Assembly: GCA_963832145.1 (NCBI GenBank)
Contig: CAWHTA010000005.1
Span: 158,477-222,476 of the forward strand
Direction: 5' to 3'
Origin: an uncultured Acidobacteriota bacterium
GTDB taxonomy: Bacteria > Acidobacteriota > Thermoanaerobaculia > UBA5066 > Gp7-AA6
Length of the DNA: 64,000 nucleotides
In this document: positions 48,461 to 58,155 of the stretch, piece after piece
Layout of the letters: each line of letters begins with the position of its first letter
Position numbering within the stretch: the first letter of the stretch is position 1
Made by a program: the position numbers and the translations under genes
Notes under the pieces: model-generated
Database searches by the model: none
The model's input: only the letters and a program-made list of their open reading frames with translations
Told to the model about the DNA's origin: nothing

Positions 48461-49446
48461 CGTGCTCCCGCGGTCAGGAGGCCCTGCGCGATGCCGGCGA
48501 GAAGGCCACCGAAATAGGTCAGGTGGTGGAGGGCGAACGCAAACGGCACCGCGGGGAAAAGGACCGGATCGTCGCGCCAGATCGGGAAGGACAGCGCCCA
48601 GGTCGTAGCGGCGTAGAGGAGGCCGACGGGAAGGAGGAACGGAAGCCCGAAGAGCGCCGTTCCGGCGGTGGCCGCGAAACCGGCCGTGAGAAACGCGGTG
48701 ACCCGCCCTCTCGAATGGAGCCCCGGACGCTCGACCAGCAGCCGGCCGGTCTTCACGCGATAGCGCCAGCGCTGCGCGAGATACCCGCCCGGAAACGGGC
48801 GCCGGCGGTGGCGCACCCGGACGTTCGGATCCAGGTGGACCGCAAAGCCGCGGTCGAGAGCGCGGCGCACGAAGTCCGTGTCCTCCCCGACATATCCGAG
48901 GCTCTCGTCGAACCCGCCGAGTCCCTCGAAGGCCATCCTCGTCGCGAAGAGGTTGCAGAGCGCGACGTCGTGCGGCGAAGCGACGGGACCGCCCCGGGGA
49001 CGACGCTCGTGGGCCGGAATGCCGCTTCCGATCCAGGGGGTGGCGAGCAGCAGGTCGGACAGCCGCTCGCCGTACGACGCTCCCCGGAGACCGAGGTCCG
49101 GTCCGCCGGCCACGTCCGCGCGTTCGAGCGAACGCGCACCGGACTGCAGCCAATCCGGCTCGGCTTCGGCATCGTCATCGATGAACGCGAATACGGTCCC
49201 GCGTCCCCGAAGGGCCGCGGCATTCCGCCGGGCCGCGGGGTTGCGCGGCACGACAGTGACCCACTCGCAGGGAAAGGAGAATGTCCGCGGTGCGCGCGGC
49301 GGGGCCGCCGACGCGATCACAACCTCGAAGGGCGGGGCACCCTCCTGCCGCTCGAGGGACTCGAGGCAAGCGGAAAGAGAGCCCTCCACCCGATCCGAAG
49401 CGATGAGCACCGAGATCAGTGGGGCGGGAGCCATGGACTCGTCCAT
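48457..49446 (-). CDS. Family 2 glycosyltransferase with C-terminal multi-TM region
   Basis: ATG at 49446. ISVLIASDR...FEVVI...FIDDDAEAEPDWL...GEDTDF. C-terminal TM helices (FLTAGFAATAGTALFGLPFLLPVGLLY...). Confidence 0.75.
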   Translation of the reverse strand: MDESMAPAPLISVLIASDRVEGSLSACLESLERQEGAPPFEVVIASAAPPRAPRTFSFPCEWVTVVPRNPAARRNAAALRGRGTVFAFIDDDAEAEPDWLQSGARSLERADVAGGPDLGLRGASYGERLSDLLLATPWIGSGIPAHERRPRGGPVASPHDVALCNLFATRMAFEGLGGFDESLGYVGEDTDFVRRALDRGFAVHLDPNVRVRHRRRPFPGGYLAQRWRYRVKTGRLLVERPGLHSRGRVTAFLTAGFAATAGTALFGLPFLLPVGLLYAATTWALSFPIWRDDPVLFPAVPFAFALHHLTYFGGLLAGIAQGLLTAGAR

Positions 49447-49479
49447 CTTAGTCTCCAACCGTGGCGAATCCGAGCGGGA

Positions 49480-49503
49480 GGGGTCAGGATAAATCCTGAC
49501 CCC
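49480..49503. repeat. Family B-related perfect hairpin (GGGGTCAGGAT aa ATCCTGACCCC)
   Basis: 11-nt perfect arms in the divergent intergenic region between the GT2 gene and E1-alpha. Confidence 0.65.
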
Positions 49504-49519
49504 GCTAAGATCTGTACCG

Positions 49520-50527
49520 ATGGCGGACCTCACCCTCGAACAACGAATCGACCTCTATCGGTTCATGCGGTGGAACCGGTCCCTCGAAGAGCGGCTCGTT
49601 CTCCTGTATCGGCAGGGAAAAATCGTCGGAGGACTGTACCGTTCGCTCGGTCAGGAGGCGACTTCGGTCGGAAGCGCTTCCGCGCTCGAAAAGGGCGACG
49701 TCCTCGGCCCCCTCATCCGCAACCTGGGCTCCGTGCTCGTCATGGGGTACACCGCGCGCGAAGTTCTCACACAGCACCTCGCGCGTGCTTCCTCGCCGTC
49801 GGGCGGCCGGGAGGGCAATCTGCACTTCGGCCGGCCGGAGCGCGGCGTCGTCTCCTCCATCTCGATGCTCGGCGCCCTCGTCCCGGTGATGGCGGGCATC
49901 GCGCTCGCGGCCCGGATGCAGCGCCGACGCACCGTCGCGATGACGTACATCGGCGACGGGGCAACGTCGACCGGCGCGTTCCACGAGGGGCTCAACTTCG
50001 CCGCGGTCCAGAAGCTGCCGCTCGTCGTGATCGCGGAGAACAACGGCTGGGCGTACTCGACCCCCTTTCGAAAGCAGACCGCGGCGAAGTGCCTCGCGGA
50101 CCGGGCGGCGGCGTACGGCATCCCCGGCGTGACGGTGGACGGGAACGACGTCGTCGCGGTTTTCGCAGCCGCGCGGGCCGCTGTCGATCGCGCGAGGGCC
50201 GGCGAGGGACCGACGCTCGTGGAGGCCCGGACGTATCGCATGAAGGGGCACGCCGAGCACGACGGCCAGAGCTACGTGCCGAGAGAAGAGCTGGAGGAGT
50301 GGAAGCGGCGCGATCCGATCGAGCGATACGCCGAGCGCCTCATCGCCGCGGGGGACGCGACGGCGGCTTCTCTCGACGCGATCGATCGGAAGATCTCGGA
50401 GGAGCTCGAGCGGGACGTCGCCTACGCCGAGACGTGCCCCGCTCCCTCGCCCGAGCACGCCTTCGACGGCGTCTACGCGTCGGACGAAGGCGCGGAGGAG
50501 CCGGCCTTCCTGAGGAGGCTCGTTTGA
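49520..50527 (+). CDS. 2-oxoacid (pyruvate/branched-chain) dehydrogenase E1 alpha subunit
   Basis: 335-aa ORF. YIGDGATSTGAFHEGLNFAA...VIAENNGWAYSTP...RTYRMKGHAEHD (TPP-binding). Confidence 0.9.
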   Translation: MADLTLEQRIDLYRFMRWNRSLEERLVLLYRQGKIVGGLYRSLGQEATSVGSASALEKGDVLGPLIRNLGSVLVMGYTAREVLTQHLARASSPSGGREGNLHFGRPERGVVSSISMLGALVPVMAGIALAARMQRRRTVAMTYIGDGATSTGAFHEGLNFAAVQKLPLVVIAENNGWAYSTPFRKQTAAKCLADRAAAYGIPGVTVDGNDVVAVFAAARAAVDRARAGEGPTLVEARTYRMKGHAEHDGQSYVPREELEEWKRRDPIERYAERLIAAGDATAASLDAIDRKISEELERDVAYAETCPAPSPEHAFDGVYASDEGAEEPAFLRRLV

Positions 50528-51546
50528 GCGTGACCGCCTCCGGCCCGCCCGCGGACCCGATTGCGCCTCCCCGCGGGGGGACCTTCTACGTCGATGCGAT
50601 CCGCGAGGCGCTTTCCGAGGAGATGGCGCGTGACGACCGCGTGTTCCTCCTCGGCGAGGACATCGGGGTCTACGGCGGCGCTTTCAAGGTCACGGACGGA
50701 CTCATCGAGCGGTTCGGGGAGGAACGCGTCCTCGACACGCCGATCTCCGAGACCGCGATCGTGGGGGCCGCGGTGGGCGCGGCGATGGCCGGCCTGCGTC
50801 CCGTGGCGGAGATGCAGTTTGCCGACTTCATCTCCTGCGCCTTCGACATGATCACGAACTTCGCCGCGAAGTCGCGCTACCGCACCGGCTGCGCGGTTCC
50901 CCTCGTCGTCCGGGGGCCGGCGGGCGGCGGGATCCATGGCGGCCCGTTCCACTCGCAGAACCCCGAGGCCTACTTCGCGCACACGCCGGGTTTGAAGATC
51001 GTGCAGCCGGCGACCGCTCACGACGCCAAGGGGCTCCTGAAAGCCGCGATCCGCGACGACGACCCCGTTCTCTACTTCGAGCACAAGTACCTCTACCGGC
51101 GCGTGAAGGAAGTTCTGCCCGAGGAGGACTACGTCGTGCCGATCGGACGGGCGGCAGTGCGGCGCGAGGGGCGCGACGTCTCCGTTCTGACATACGGCGC
51201 CATGGTGTGGACGGCGCTCGAAGCCGCCCGCACGCTCGAGACCGAGGGGATCGACGCCGAGGTCATCGACCTGCGAACTCTCTTTCCTCTGGACGAGGAA
51301 ACGATCCTCACTTCGGTGGCGAGGACGAGCCGCGCCGTGGTGCTGCACGAGGCGACGCGGACCGGCGGAATCGGCGCGGAGGTCGCCGCCGTCATCGCGG
51401 AGCGCTGCTTCGAGTGCCTGGACGCGCCGGTCGTTCGCGTCACCGCGCCGGACACTCCCGTCCCGTTCGCGCCCGCCCTCGAGGAGGCGTTCCTTCCGAA
51501 CGCCGAAAAACTCTGTCGCGCGGTGCGCGTTCTCGTCGGTTACTGA
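50524..51546 (+). CDS. 2-oxoacid dehydrogenase E1 beta subunit
   Basis: TTG 50524 (overlapping the E1-alpha stop) or GTG 50530. VFLLGEDIGVYGGAFKVTDGL...DTPISE...FADFI...GPFHSQNPEA. Confidence 0.9.
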   Translation: MSVTASGPPADPIAPPRGGTFYVDAIREALSEEMARDDRVFLLGEDIGVYGGAFKVTDGLIERFGEERVLDTPISETAIVGAAVGAAMAGLRPVAEMQFADFISCAFDMITNFAAKSRYRTGCAVPLVVRGPAGGGIHGGPFHSQNPEAYFAHTPGLKIVQPATAHDAKGLLKAAIRDDDPVLYFEHKYLYRRVKEVLPEEDYVVPIGRAAVRREGRDVSVLTYGAMVWTALEAARTLETEGIDAEVIDLRTLFPLDEETILTSVARTSRAVVLHEATRTGGIGAEVAAVIAERCFECLDAPVVRVTAPDTPVPFAPALEEAFLPNAEKLCRAVRVLVGY

Positions 51547-51549
51547 GCG

Positions 51550-51633
51550 GGGGTCAGGTCTCCACCTGACACTTTCCGCCAAAGAAACTTGTCGCCTCTC
51601 ATCGGCAAAAGTGGTTAGTGGAGACCTGACCCC
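51550..51633. repeat. Family B element, full copy: 16-nt perfect terminal inverted repeats
   Basis: ggggtcaggtctccac (51550-51565) and gtggagacctgacccc (51618-51633). The left 43 nt closely match 25777-25819. Confidence 0.8.
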
Positions 51634-53322
51634 AGCCGAATGACGGCGCGGCGAAGTCTCTCGTGCGCCTGCGAGAGGCGGAGATAGGCGATCTCCTCCG
51701 CTCCGCTCTTTGCTTTCACGACGCGCGCGGCGGCGCGCTTTTCCGCGGCGGGCCAGCGGCCGAGGTCGGGAACGAGGGCGAGAACGAGGGCCATATCGTC
51801 GAAGGTCTCGCGGGCGACAGGGTCGCCGGACCTCTCCGCGCGTCCCGAGGGCCCGCGCCACCCGAGCCTTCGAGTCGCGTCGAGCGCGTTCCGGGTCGCC
51901 GCCCGAACGGGTGCGCATCCTCCGCTGAACCGCCAGCCCGATGCGGCGGACGTGGAACCGGTCCCACTCCCCCGATCGCGCCGGATCGGTCTCGTAGAGC
52001 AGGTTGCCTTTCACGAGACGGCGAAGGACCTCGGGCGTGGAGCGATGCCGGGGATCTGCGGCGATCGCCCGCTCTTCTCGGGCGAGCAGACGTGCGACCT
52101 TCGGATCGGTGGGTCGGAATCCGAGCTTGCGGTAGAACCAGAAAGCGCCGGACTCGATGCCCTCCTCGTTCTCGAAGCCGATCTGGTACGGATCGATCGA
52201 GAACGATGTGACGCCGAGGACCTGCCGGAGCAGGTGCAGGAACTTCGAGAAGATCCACGCCGACTCCCCTTCGCGAAACGTGTAGTACATGTTGAAACCG
52301 ACCTCGATCCGATCGAAGAAGGCGAGCCCCTCGAAGTAGCCGATGGGCACGCCGTTCTTCAAGACGAACGCGGCGTATCCGGCGCGCAGCGGCAGGCGGC
52401 GACCCCTTTCGAGGCCGACCAGAAAGATCTCGACGCCACGCCCCACTTTCGCGGCCCGGACGGACGCGGGGTTGCCGTACGTGAAGTTGTAGTACTCGCG
52501 ATAGCGAAGCGCCGTCGACTCCCGCGCGAGCTCGAGAAACGCGGCGCCCTGAGCGCGCGCCAGCCGGCGGACGGCGAGAGGCGGTGAGGCGAGCTCGCTC
52601 GCGAGGGACACCTCGCGCCGCGTGAGGAGTGGGCCGGGGTGGAAGAAGGCCTCCGCGGGAGTGAATCGGCCGCGGAGGCGCGTCCGCGTCACCCGCCCGT
52701 AACCGACGTCCCAGACGATCGGGATCTGGAGAGCCTCGAAGCGCTCGGCGCGCTCGTCCCGGTCTTCGCGAAGGCGCTCGAGCGCGGCGAGGAGCCACGG
52801 CAGATCCCGGTTCGGGTTCGGCTCGGCCGCGCGCAGCCACTCGAGGTAGGGGACGTTCGCGTCCTCGAGCGCCTCCTCCTCGAGAAGCGGCAGGAAGCGC
52901 GGGAAGAGGGCGCGCAGCCGGTCGGAGCCCTCGTATCCCTCCCAGTCGAGCCGGACCCGCCCGGGAAATCGGCGGGCCAGCCACCGGACGACGTCGTAGG
53001 AGTAGGTCGTCGTGACCTTCGAGCCCGCGATTCCCGACAGCTCGGGATCGTCGAACGCGGAGAGGTCTACTCCCTTTCCGGCCAGGCGGGCAACCTGTTT
53101 CGGAAAGGCAGTCAGCAGGCGCTCCGTCGCCGCCAGAACGCGTCGGTCGTGCGGGTAGGCGCGGAGAAAGAGGAGGGCTTCGTGGAGTCGGACGAGCTCA
53201 TGCGCCTTGGAAGCGGCCAGGCCGCCGATCGAACGCAGGAGCCGCGCCGTCTCGCCGCCGTCGGGCCGGCGCGTTTTCAGATCTTCGAGCTTCGAAAGGA
53301 GTGCGCCGAACGAACGGCTCAA
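51615..53322 (-). CDS. Hypothetical ~569-aa protein with a GNAT-like C-terminal half; one frameshift near 51845
   Basis: The TTG at 53322 overlaps the thrC stop. The body is in ORF 50473..54186 (LSRSFGALLSKLEDL...GAFWFYRKLGFRP...). After ...RVARALGTR my translation of another frame gives AERSGDPVARETFDDMALVLALVPDLGRWPAAEKRAAARVVKAKSGAEEIAYLRLSQAHERLRRAVIRLGSGLH*, which looks protein-like. Stop TAA at 51615-51617. Confidence 0.55.
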
Positions 53323-54605
53323 GCGGTCGCCCCCAGGACCGCTTCGACGGCCGAGAGCCTCGCCTCGATCTCCACGGGGCGGTTCGCGCGCCCGGGCGGC
53401 GGAGACGTCTCCTGGTGGTAGCGCAGGAGGAGCCCGGGGTCCTTGAGGATGTGGCCGGTCAGCACCGCCACGACCCGCGACCCCCGCTCGATCACGCCCT
53501 CCGCCACGAGCTTTCTCGCCCCCGCGACGCTCGCCGCGCTCGCCGGCTCGCAGCCCGTTCCCGAAGCGTCGATGACCGCCTTCGCCTCCAGGATTTCGTC
53601 GTCCGTGACGTCCGTGACGACGCCGTTCGTCGCGCGGATGGCCTCCACCGCGCGGTCGTGGGAGGCGGGATCGCCGATTCGGATCGCGGTGGCGGCGGTC
53701 TCCGCCTGGACGCGGTACCGGTTCGCGAACCCTTCCCGGAAGGCGCGCGCGAAGGGATTCGCGCCCTCCGCCTGGATTGCCGCGAGGCGCGGCATTCGCG
53801 AAATGAGCCCGAGGTCCCGCGCTTCCCGAAGCGCTTTCCCGAACGCCGAGGTGTTTCCGAGATTTCCGGCGGGCAGCACGATCCAGTCCGGGGACTCCCA
53901 ACCGAGCTGCTCGAGCGCCTCGAGCACGATCGTCTTCTGCCCTTCCAGCCGGAAAGGGTTCACCGAGTTCAGGAGATAGACATTGAGCTTTTCGCTCGCC
54001 TCGAGGGCGAGGGCGAAGCACGCATCGAAGTCGCCGCGGACGATGAGCGTCTTCGCTCCGTACGCCAGCGTCTGCGCGAGCTTGCCGAGCGCGACCTGGC
54101 CGCTCGGGACGAAGACGAGGGCCGGGATCCCGGCGAGCGCTCCGTATGCGGCGAGCGACGCGGACGTGTTCCCGGTCGAGGCGCACGCGATCGCCCGGGC
54201 CTTCACCCTCTTCGCCTGCGTGACCCCGACGGTCATTCCGCGGTCTTTGAAGGACCCGGTCGGGTTGTGACCCTCGTGCTTCAGCGAGAAATCGTCGAGT
54301 CCCACCCAGCGGGACACGGGCTCCCGCACGAGGAGCGGGGTGTTCCCCTCCGGATGCGTGACGGCCTCTCCGCCGACGTCGGGCAGCACGATCTCGCGAA
54401 ACCTCCAGACGCCAGACGCATCGAGTCCGCCCGGCGACCCGCGGCGCGACGAGAACAGGTCGCGCAGCTCCGCCCCGGTTCGCCCGGGCGGCGAATGGCG
54501 GACTTCGAGCAGCTCACCGCACTGCTCGCAGGCCGACTTCGCGAAAGTCAGCGGAAACTCCCGCTTACACCGCGGGCAGACCTGCCAGCTCGCGCGTTTC
54601 GTCAA
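53319..54605 (-). CDS. thrC: Threonine synthase with N-terminal zinc-ribbon
   Basis: TTG at 54605. CPRCKREF...CEQCG, GHNPTGSFKDRGMTV (PLP lysine), ASTGNTSASLAAY. Confidence 0.85.
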   Translation of the reverse strand: MTKRASWQVCPRCKREFPLTFAKSACEQCGELLEVRHSPPGRTGAELRDLFSSRRGSPGGLDASGVWRFREIVLPDVGGEAVTHPEGNTPLLVREPVSRWVGLDDFSLKHEGHNPTGSFKDRGMTVGVTQAKRVKARAIACASTGNTSASLAAYGALAGIPALVFVPSGQVALGKLAQTLAYGAKTLIVRGDFDACFALALEASEKLNVYLLNSVNPFRLEGQKTIVLEALEQLGWESPDWIVLPAGNLGNTSAFGKALREARDLGLISRMPRLAAIQAEGANPFARAFREGFANRYRVQAETAATAIRIGDPASHDRAVEAIRATNGVVTDVTDDEILEAKAVIDASGTGCEPASAASVAGARKLVAEGVIERGSRVVAVLTGHILKDPGLLLRYHQETSPPPGRANRPVEIEARLSAVEAVLGATA

Positions 54606-54609
54606 CGAC

Positions 54610-55542
54610 TCACCCCTCGACGCCGACGACCCGGGCGCCGATCGCGTCGATCGGTCCGATGCGCGCGCTCGCCGGGACCTTCTCGGATCGGTAGGCATCG
54701 ACCATCGCCTTGGCGATCCGGCGCGCGCTTCCGTGGCCGACCGCGAAGGCGAAAGACGCCGGGCCGCTCCCGGAGATCGAGCAGCCGAGAGCGCCCGCCT
54801 CGAGCGCGGCGCGCTTCGCCGCGACGAAGCCGGGGAGGAGCGGCGCGCGCGCGGGCTCGGCGATGCGGTCTTCGATCGATCGGCGAAGGAGGTCGAAGTC
54901 GCTCGTGGCGAGCGCGGTCACGAACGCGCCCACAGCCGCCGCCTGGGCGAGCGCATCCGGCAGGGTGACCGTTCCCGGAAGACGCCGGCGTGCGTCCTCG
55001 GTGCGGAGGCTCTGCTGGGGCGCGACGACGACGACCCGCAGCTCTTCCGGGAAGGAGAGCCGCACCACGTCGATCGGGTCCATCGTTCGGATGAGGACGA
55101 CGCCGCCGAAGAGCGCGGCCGCGACGTTGTCCGCGTGCCGCCCCGAAACCGCCGCCTCCGCCTCGAGGCACGGCTCCAGGAGCTGCTCCTGTTTCAGGGG
55201 AGAACCGAGGAGCTCGTTCACGGCGACGGCCGCCGCGACAGCGGAAGCGGCGCTTCCCCCCTGCCCCCCCGAGAGCGGAAGGCCCTTGGCGATCTCGAGG
55301 GTGAGCCCGATGGACTTCTCCGAGGCCAGCGAACACACGCGAGCCGCGGCGATTCCCGCCGTGTTCTTCGTCGAGTCGCCCGGGATCTCCGGATGGCCGG
55401 AGGAACGGATTCCGATCCCCCGGTTCCCCGACTTCTCCGCCGTCACCGTGTCGCCGGCGCCCGCGACCGCGAGGCCGAGGATGTCGAGCCCCGGGCCGAG
55501 GTTCGCGACCGTGCCGGGCGCGAAAGCGCGGACGCGTCTCAA
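54610..55542 (-). CDS. thrB: Homoserine kinase
   Basis: 310-aa ORF. FAPGTVANLGPGLDILG, KGLPLSGGQGGSAASAVAA (GHMP motif). Confidence 0.9.
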   Translation of the reverse strand: MRRVRAFAPGTVANLGPGLDILGLAVAGAGDTVTAEKSGNRGIGIRSSGHPEIPGDSTKNTAGIAAARVCSLASEKSIGLTLEIAKGLPLSGGQGGSAASAVAAAVAVNELLGSPLKQEQLLEPCLEAEAAVSGRHADNVAAALFGGVVLIRTMDPIDVVRLSFPEELRVVVVAPQQSLRTEDARRRLPGTVTLPDALAQAAAVGAFVTALATSDFDLLRRSIEDRIAEPARAPLLPGFVAAKRAALEAGALGCSISGSGPASFAFAVGHGSARRIAKAMVDAYRSEKVPASARIGPIDAIGARVVGVEG

Positions 55543-58094
55543 GCGCCCGCCGGTCGGATCGCGAGACGGCCGGATCGGGAGCCCGAGTCGGCCAGATCCG
55601 CCACGTCGTTATAGATGCCCGCGGCGGTGACAGCGAGGCCGGCGCCGGGTCCCTGGATCACGAGCGGGTTGGTCCGGTAGCGCGTCGTCGTGAAAGCCAC
55701 CTGGTTGTCCGTGCCGCGAAGGCCCGCGAACGGACTCTCCGGTCCCACCTCCGCCAGGCCGACCCGGATCCCCCGGCGTGTCACCGATGCGATGTACCGC
55801 AGCGCCTTGCCGCGGGAACGGGCCCGCGCGAGACGCTGCGCCCACTCGGGGTCGCGATCCTCGAGCCGCTCGAGAAAGCGAGCGAGCGGGACGGGGCGGA
55901 CGGCCGGGGGAAGGAGCGCCTCGACGGCCACGTCCTTCGGTTCGCCGCGGAATCCGATCAGCCGGCCGAGGATGAGCGCTTTGCGCCCCACGTCGGCTCC
56001 CGAGAGGTCGTCCCGCGGATCGGGTTCCGTGTAACCGCGTTCCATCGCGCGTCGCAGGGCGCTCGAGAAGGAGCGCCCGGCTTCGACTTCGGTCAGAAGG
56101 AAGCCGAGGGTTCCGGAAAGGCACCCCTCGATCCGGACGATTCGATCCCCCGACTCGACGAGCTTCCGGTAGGTGTCGAGGATCGGGAGCCCCGCTCCCA
56201 CCGTCGCCTCGTAGCGCAGGCGGCGGCCGGTCGATCGTACCGCTTGCTCGATGCGCTCCGTGTCTTCGCGCGCGCCCGAAAGCGGACGTTTGTTGGCGAG
56301 CACGAGATCGAACCCGGCAGCCACCGCTTTCTCGAGGAGCGCGCTGGTCTGTTCCGCCGTCACGTCCACGAGGATGGGGCGCGAGAGCGCGTGCTCGGCA
56401 AGGGCGGCGACGGCCTCCGGCGCGGCCGCCCGGATCCCGCCGGGGGCGGTCCGGACGGAGCCCGAACGGGCCTTCGCCGCCTGGAGCCCGGTCAGATCGC
56501 GTCCGGTCAAGCCCGACGGGCGAAACGCGTATCCCCCCCGATCGATCACGGCGACCAGCCGCAGCTTCGACCGCGGCGACCGGGCGATCAGACCGGCGAG
56601 CGTGCGGCCCACCTTTCCGAATCCGAGAAGGACGACGTCCGCGCGCTCCGTCGCCTCGGCGTGTCCCCCGCCGATTTTCGAGAGCTGGAACGCGTCGTGG
56701 ACCCGGCGCTGCGCCTCCGCCGCCTGTCGCGCTTCGACGACGAAAGAGATGTTCAGCTCGGAGGAGCCCTGCGCGATCGCGACGACGTTGATGCTTCCCG
56801 CCGAAAGCGCGCTGAAAACCCGCGCCGCGATGCCCGGCGTGCCCGCCATCCCGAGCCCGACGACCGAGATCGTCGCGAGGTCCTTCTGAACCTCCACGCC
56901 GTCCACCTCGCGGCGGGTGATCTCTTCGGCAAACGCGTCGACGAGGCTGCGTCGGGCGGCGTCGGACTGCTCACCCGGGACACCGAGGCAGATCGAGTGC
57001 TCCGAGGACGCCTGCGAAATGAGCGACACCGAGATCCCCTGCTTGTGAAGGGCGCCGAACGTGCGCGCCGCGATGCCCGGCACGCCGAGCATCCCGTTGC
57101 CCGCCACGGTCACGAGGGCCTGGCTCGCGATGGCCGAGAGCGCCTTCACGGGGTATCGCTCGAGCGTGCGGCGCCCGGAGATCTCCGTGCCCGCGCGGTC
57201 CGGAAACTGGAACGGCCGCACGAACACGGGGACCCGGCCGCCGACCGGGATCAGCGCGCGCGGGTGGAGCACCTTCGCGCCGTAGTACGCGAGCTCGGCC
57301 GCTTCCCGGACGTTCAGCTGCGGAATCACGCGGGCGTCCGGCACCACGCGGGGATCCGCGGTCAGAAACCCTTCCACGTCCTTCCACAGATGCACCGCGC
57401 GCGCGGCGAGCGACCGGCCGAGGAGAGTCGCGGTCAGGTCGGATCCGCCTCGGCCGAGCGTCACGGGCCGGCCTTCCGAATCCGCGCCGACGAAACCGGG
57501 GACGACCGGCACGACCCCCTTCGCGAGAAGCGGCCGCAGCCTCCGGCGGACGCGCCGGTCGGTGGCCGCGAGGTCGGGGGCGGCCTGGCCGGAGTGCCCG
57601 TCCGTTGCGACGAGCTCGAGCGGGCTCACGTACTCCGATCGAACACCGCGCGCTGAGAGCCCGGCCGCGAAGACCCGCGCCGCCAGGTCTTCGCCCTGGG
57701 CGAGCAGGTGGTCCAGGGCGCGCGGGGAGAGATCCCGGAGGAGGGCGGGCGCGCGCGACAGCGACTCGATCTCGTCGAAGACGCGCCGGATGGCGTCGCG
57801 GATCGGCCGGCGGGCCTCGGCGTCCGGGATCGCGGCGCGCGCCGAAGCGTCATAGCGCTTCCGCAGGTCCGCAACGGACTTGCGGATCGCGGCGTCGCGG
57901 CCGCGGGAGAATCCGTGGGCGATCTCCAGCAGGGCGTCGGTCACGCCGGCGAAGGCCGACACGACGACGACAGCGGGCCGCGGGCCGTTCTCGACGATCG
58001 AGAGGGCGTGGCGCATCGCGCCGGCGTCCTGAAGTGACGCGCCTCCGAACTTGTGAACGGAGGGGGCGGGCAGGGGTCTCTGCGCGGGCGACAC
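55539..58094 (-). CDS. thrA: Bifunctional aspartokinase / homoserine dehydrogenase
   Basis: 851-aa intact ORF. VHKFGGASL, GRGGSDLTA, ACT regions, then VVLLGFGKVGRTL...homoserine dehydrogenase...GPGAG. Confidence 0.9.
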   Translation of the reverse strand: MSPAQRPLPAPSVHKFGGASLQDAGAMRHALSIVENGPRPAVVVVSAFAGVTDALLEIAHGFSRGRDAAIRKSVADLRKRYDASARAAIPDAEARRPIRDAIRRVFDEIESLSRAPALLRDLSPRALDHLLAQGEDLAARVFAAGLSARGVRSEYVSPLELVATDGHSGQAAPDLAATDRRVRRRLRPLLAKGVVPVVPGFVGADSEGRPVTLGRGGSDLTATLLGRSLAARAVHLWKDVEGFLTADPRVVPDARVIPQLNVREAAELAYYGAKVLHPRALIPVGGRVPVFVRPFQFPDRAGTEISGRRTLERYPVKALSAIASQALVTVAGNGMLGVPGIAARTFGALHKQGISVSLISQASSEHSICLGVPGEQSDAARRSLVDAFAEEITRREVDGVEVQKDLATISVVGLGMAGTPGIAARVFSALSAGSINVVAIAQGSSELNISFVVEARQAAEAQRRVHDAFQLSKIGGGHAEATERADVVLLGFGKVGRTLAGLIARSPRSKLRLVAVIDRGGYAFRPSGLTGRDLTGLQAAKARSGSVRTAPGGIRAAAPEAVAALAEHALSRPILVDVTAEQTSALLEKAVAAGFDLVLANKRPLSGAREDTERIEQAVRSTGRRLRYEATVGAGLPILDTYRKLVESGDRIVRIEGCLSGTLGFLLTEVEAGRSFSSALRRAMERGYTEPDPRDDLSGADVGRKALILGRLIGFRGEPKDVAVEALLPPAVRPVPLARFLERLEDRDPEWAQRLARARSRGKALRYIASVTRRGIRVGLAEVGPESPFAGLRGTDNQVAFTTTRYRTNPLVIQGPGAGLAVTAAGIYNDVADLADSGSRSGRLAIRPAGA

Positions 58095-58155
58095 GGTGGC
58101 CGCATTATTCTCGAAAGCGGCGGCGAGTAGCGCCGCCCCGCGACGGCTTGGTCGG

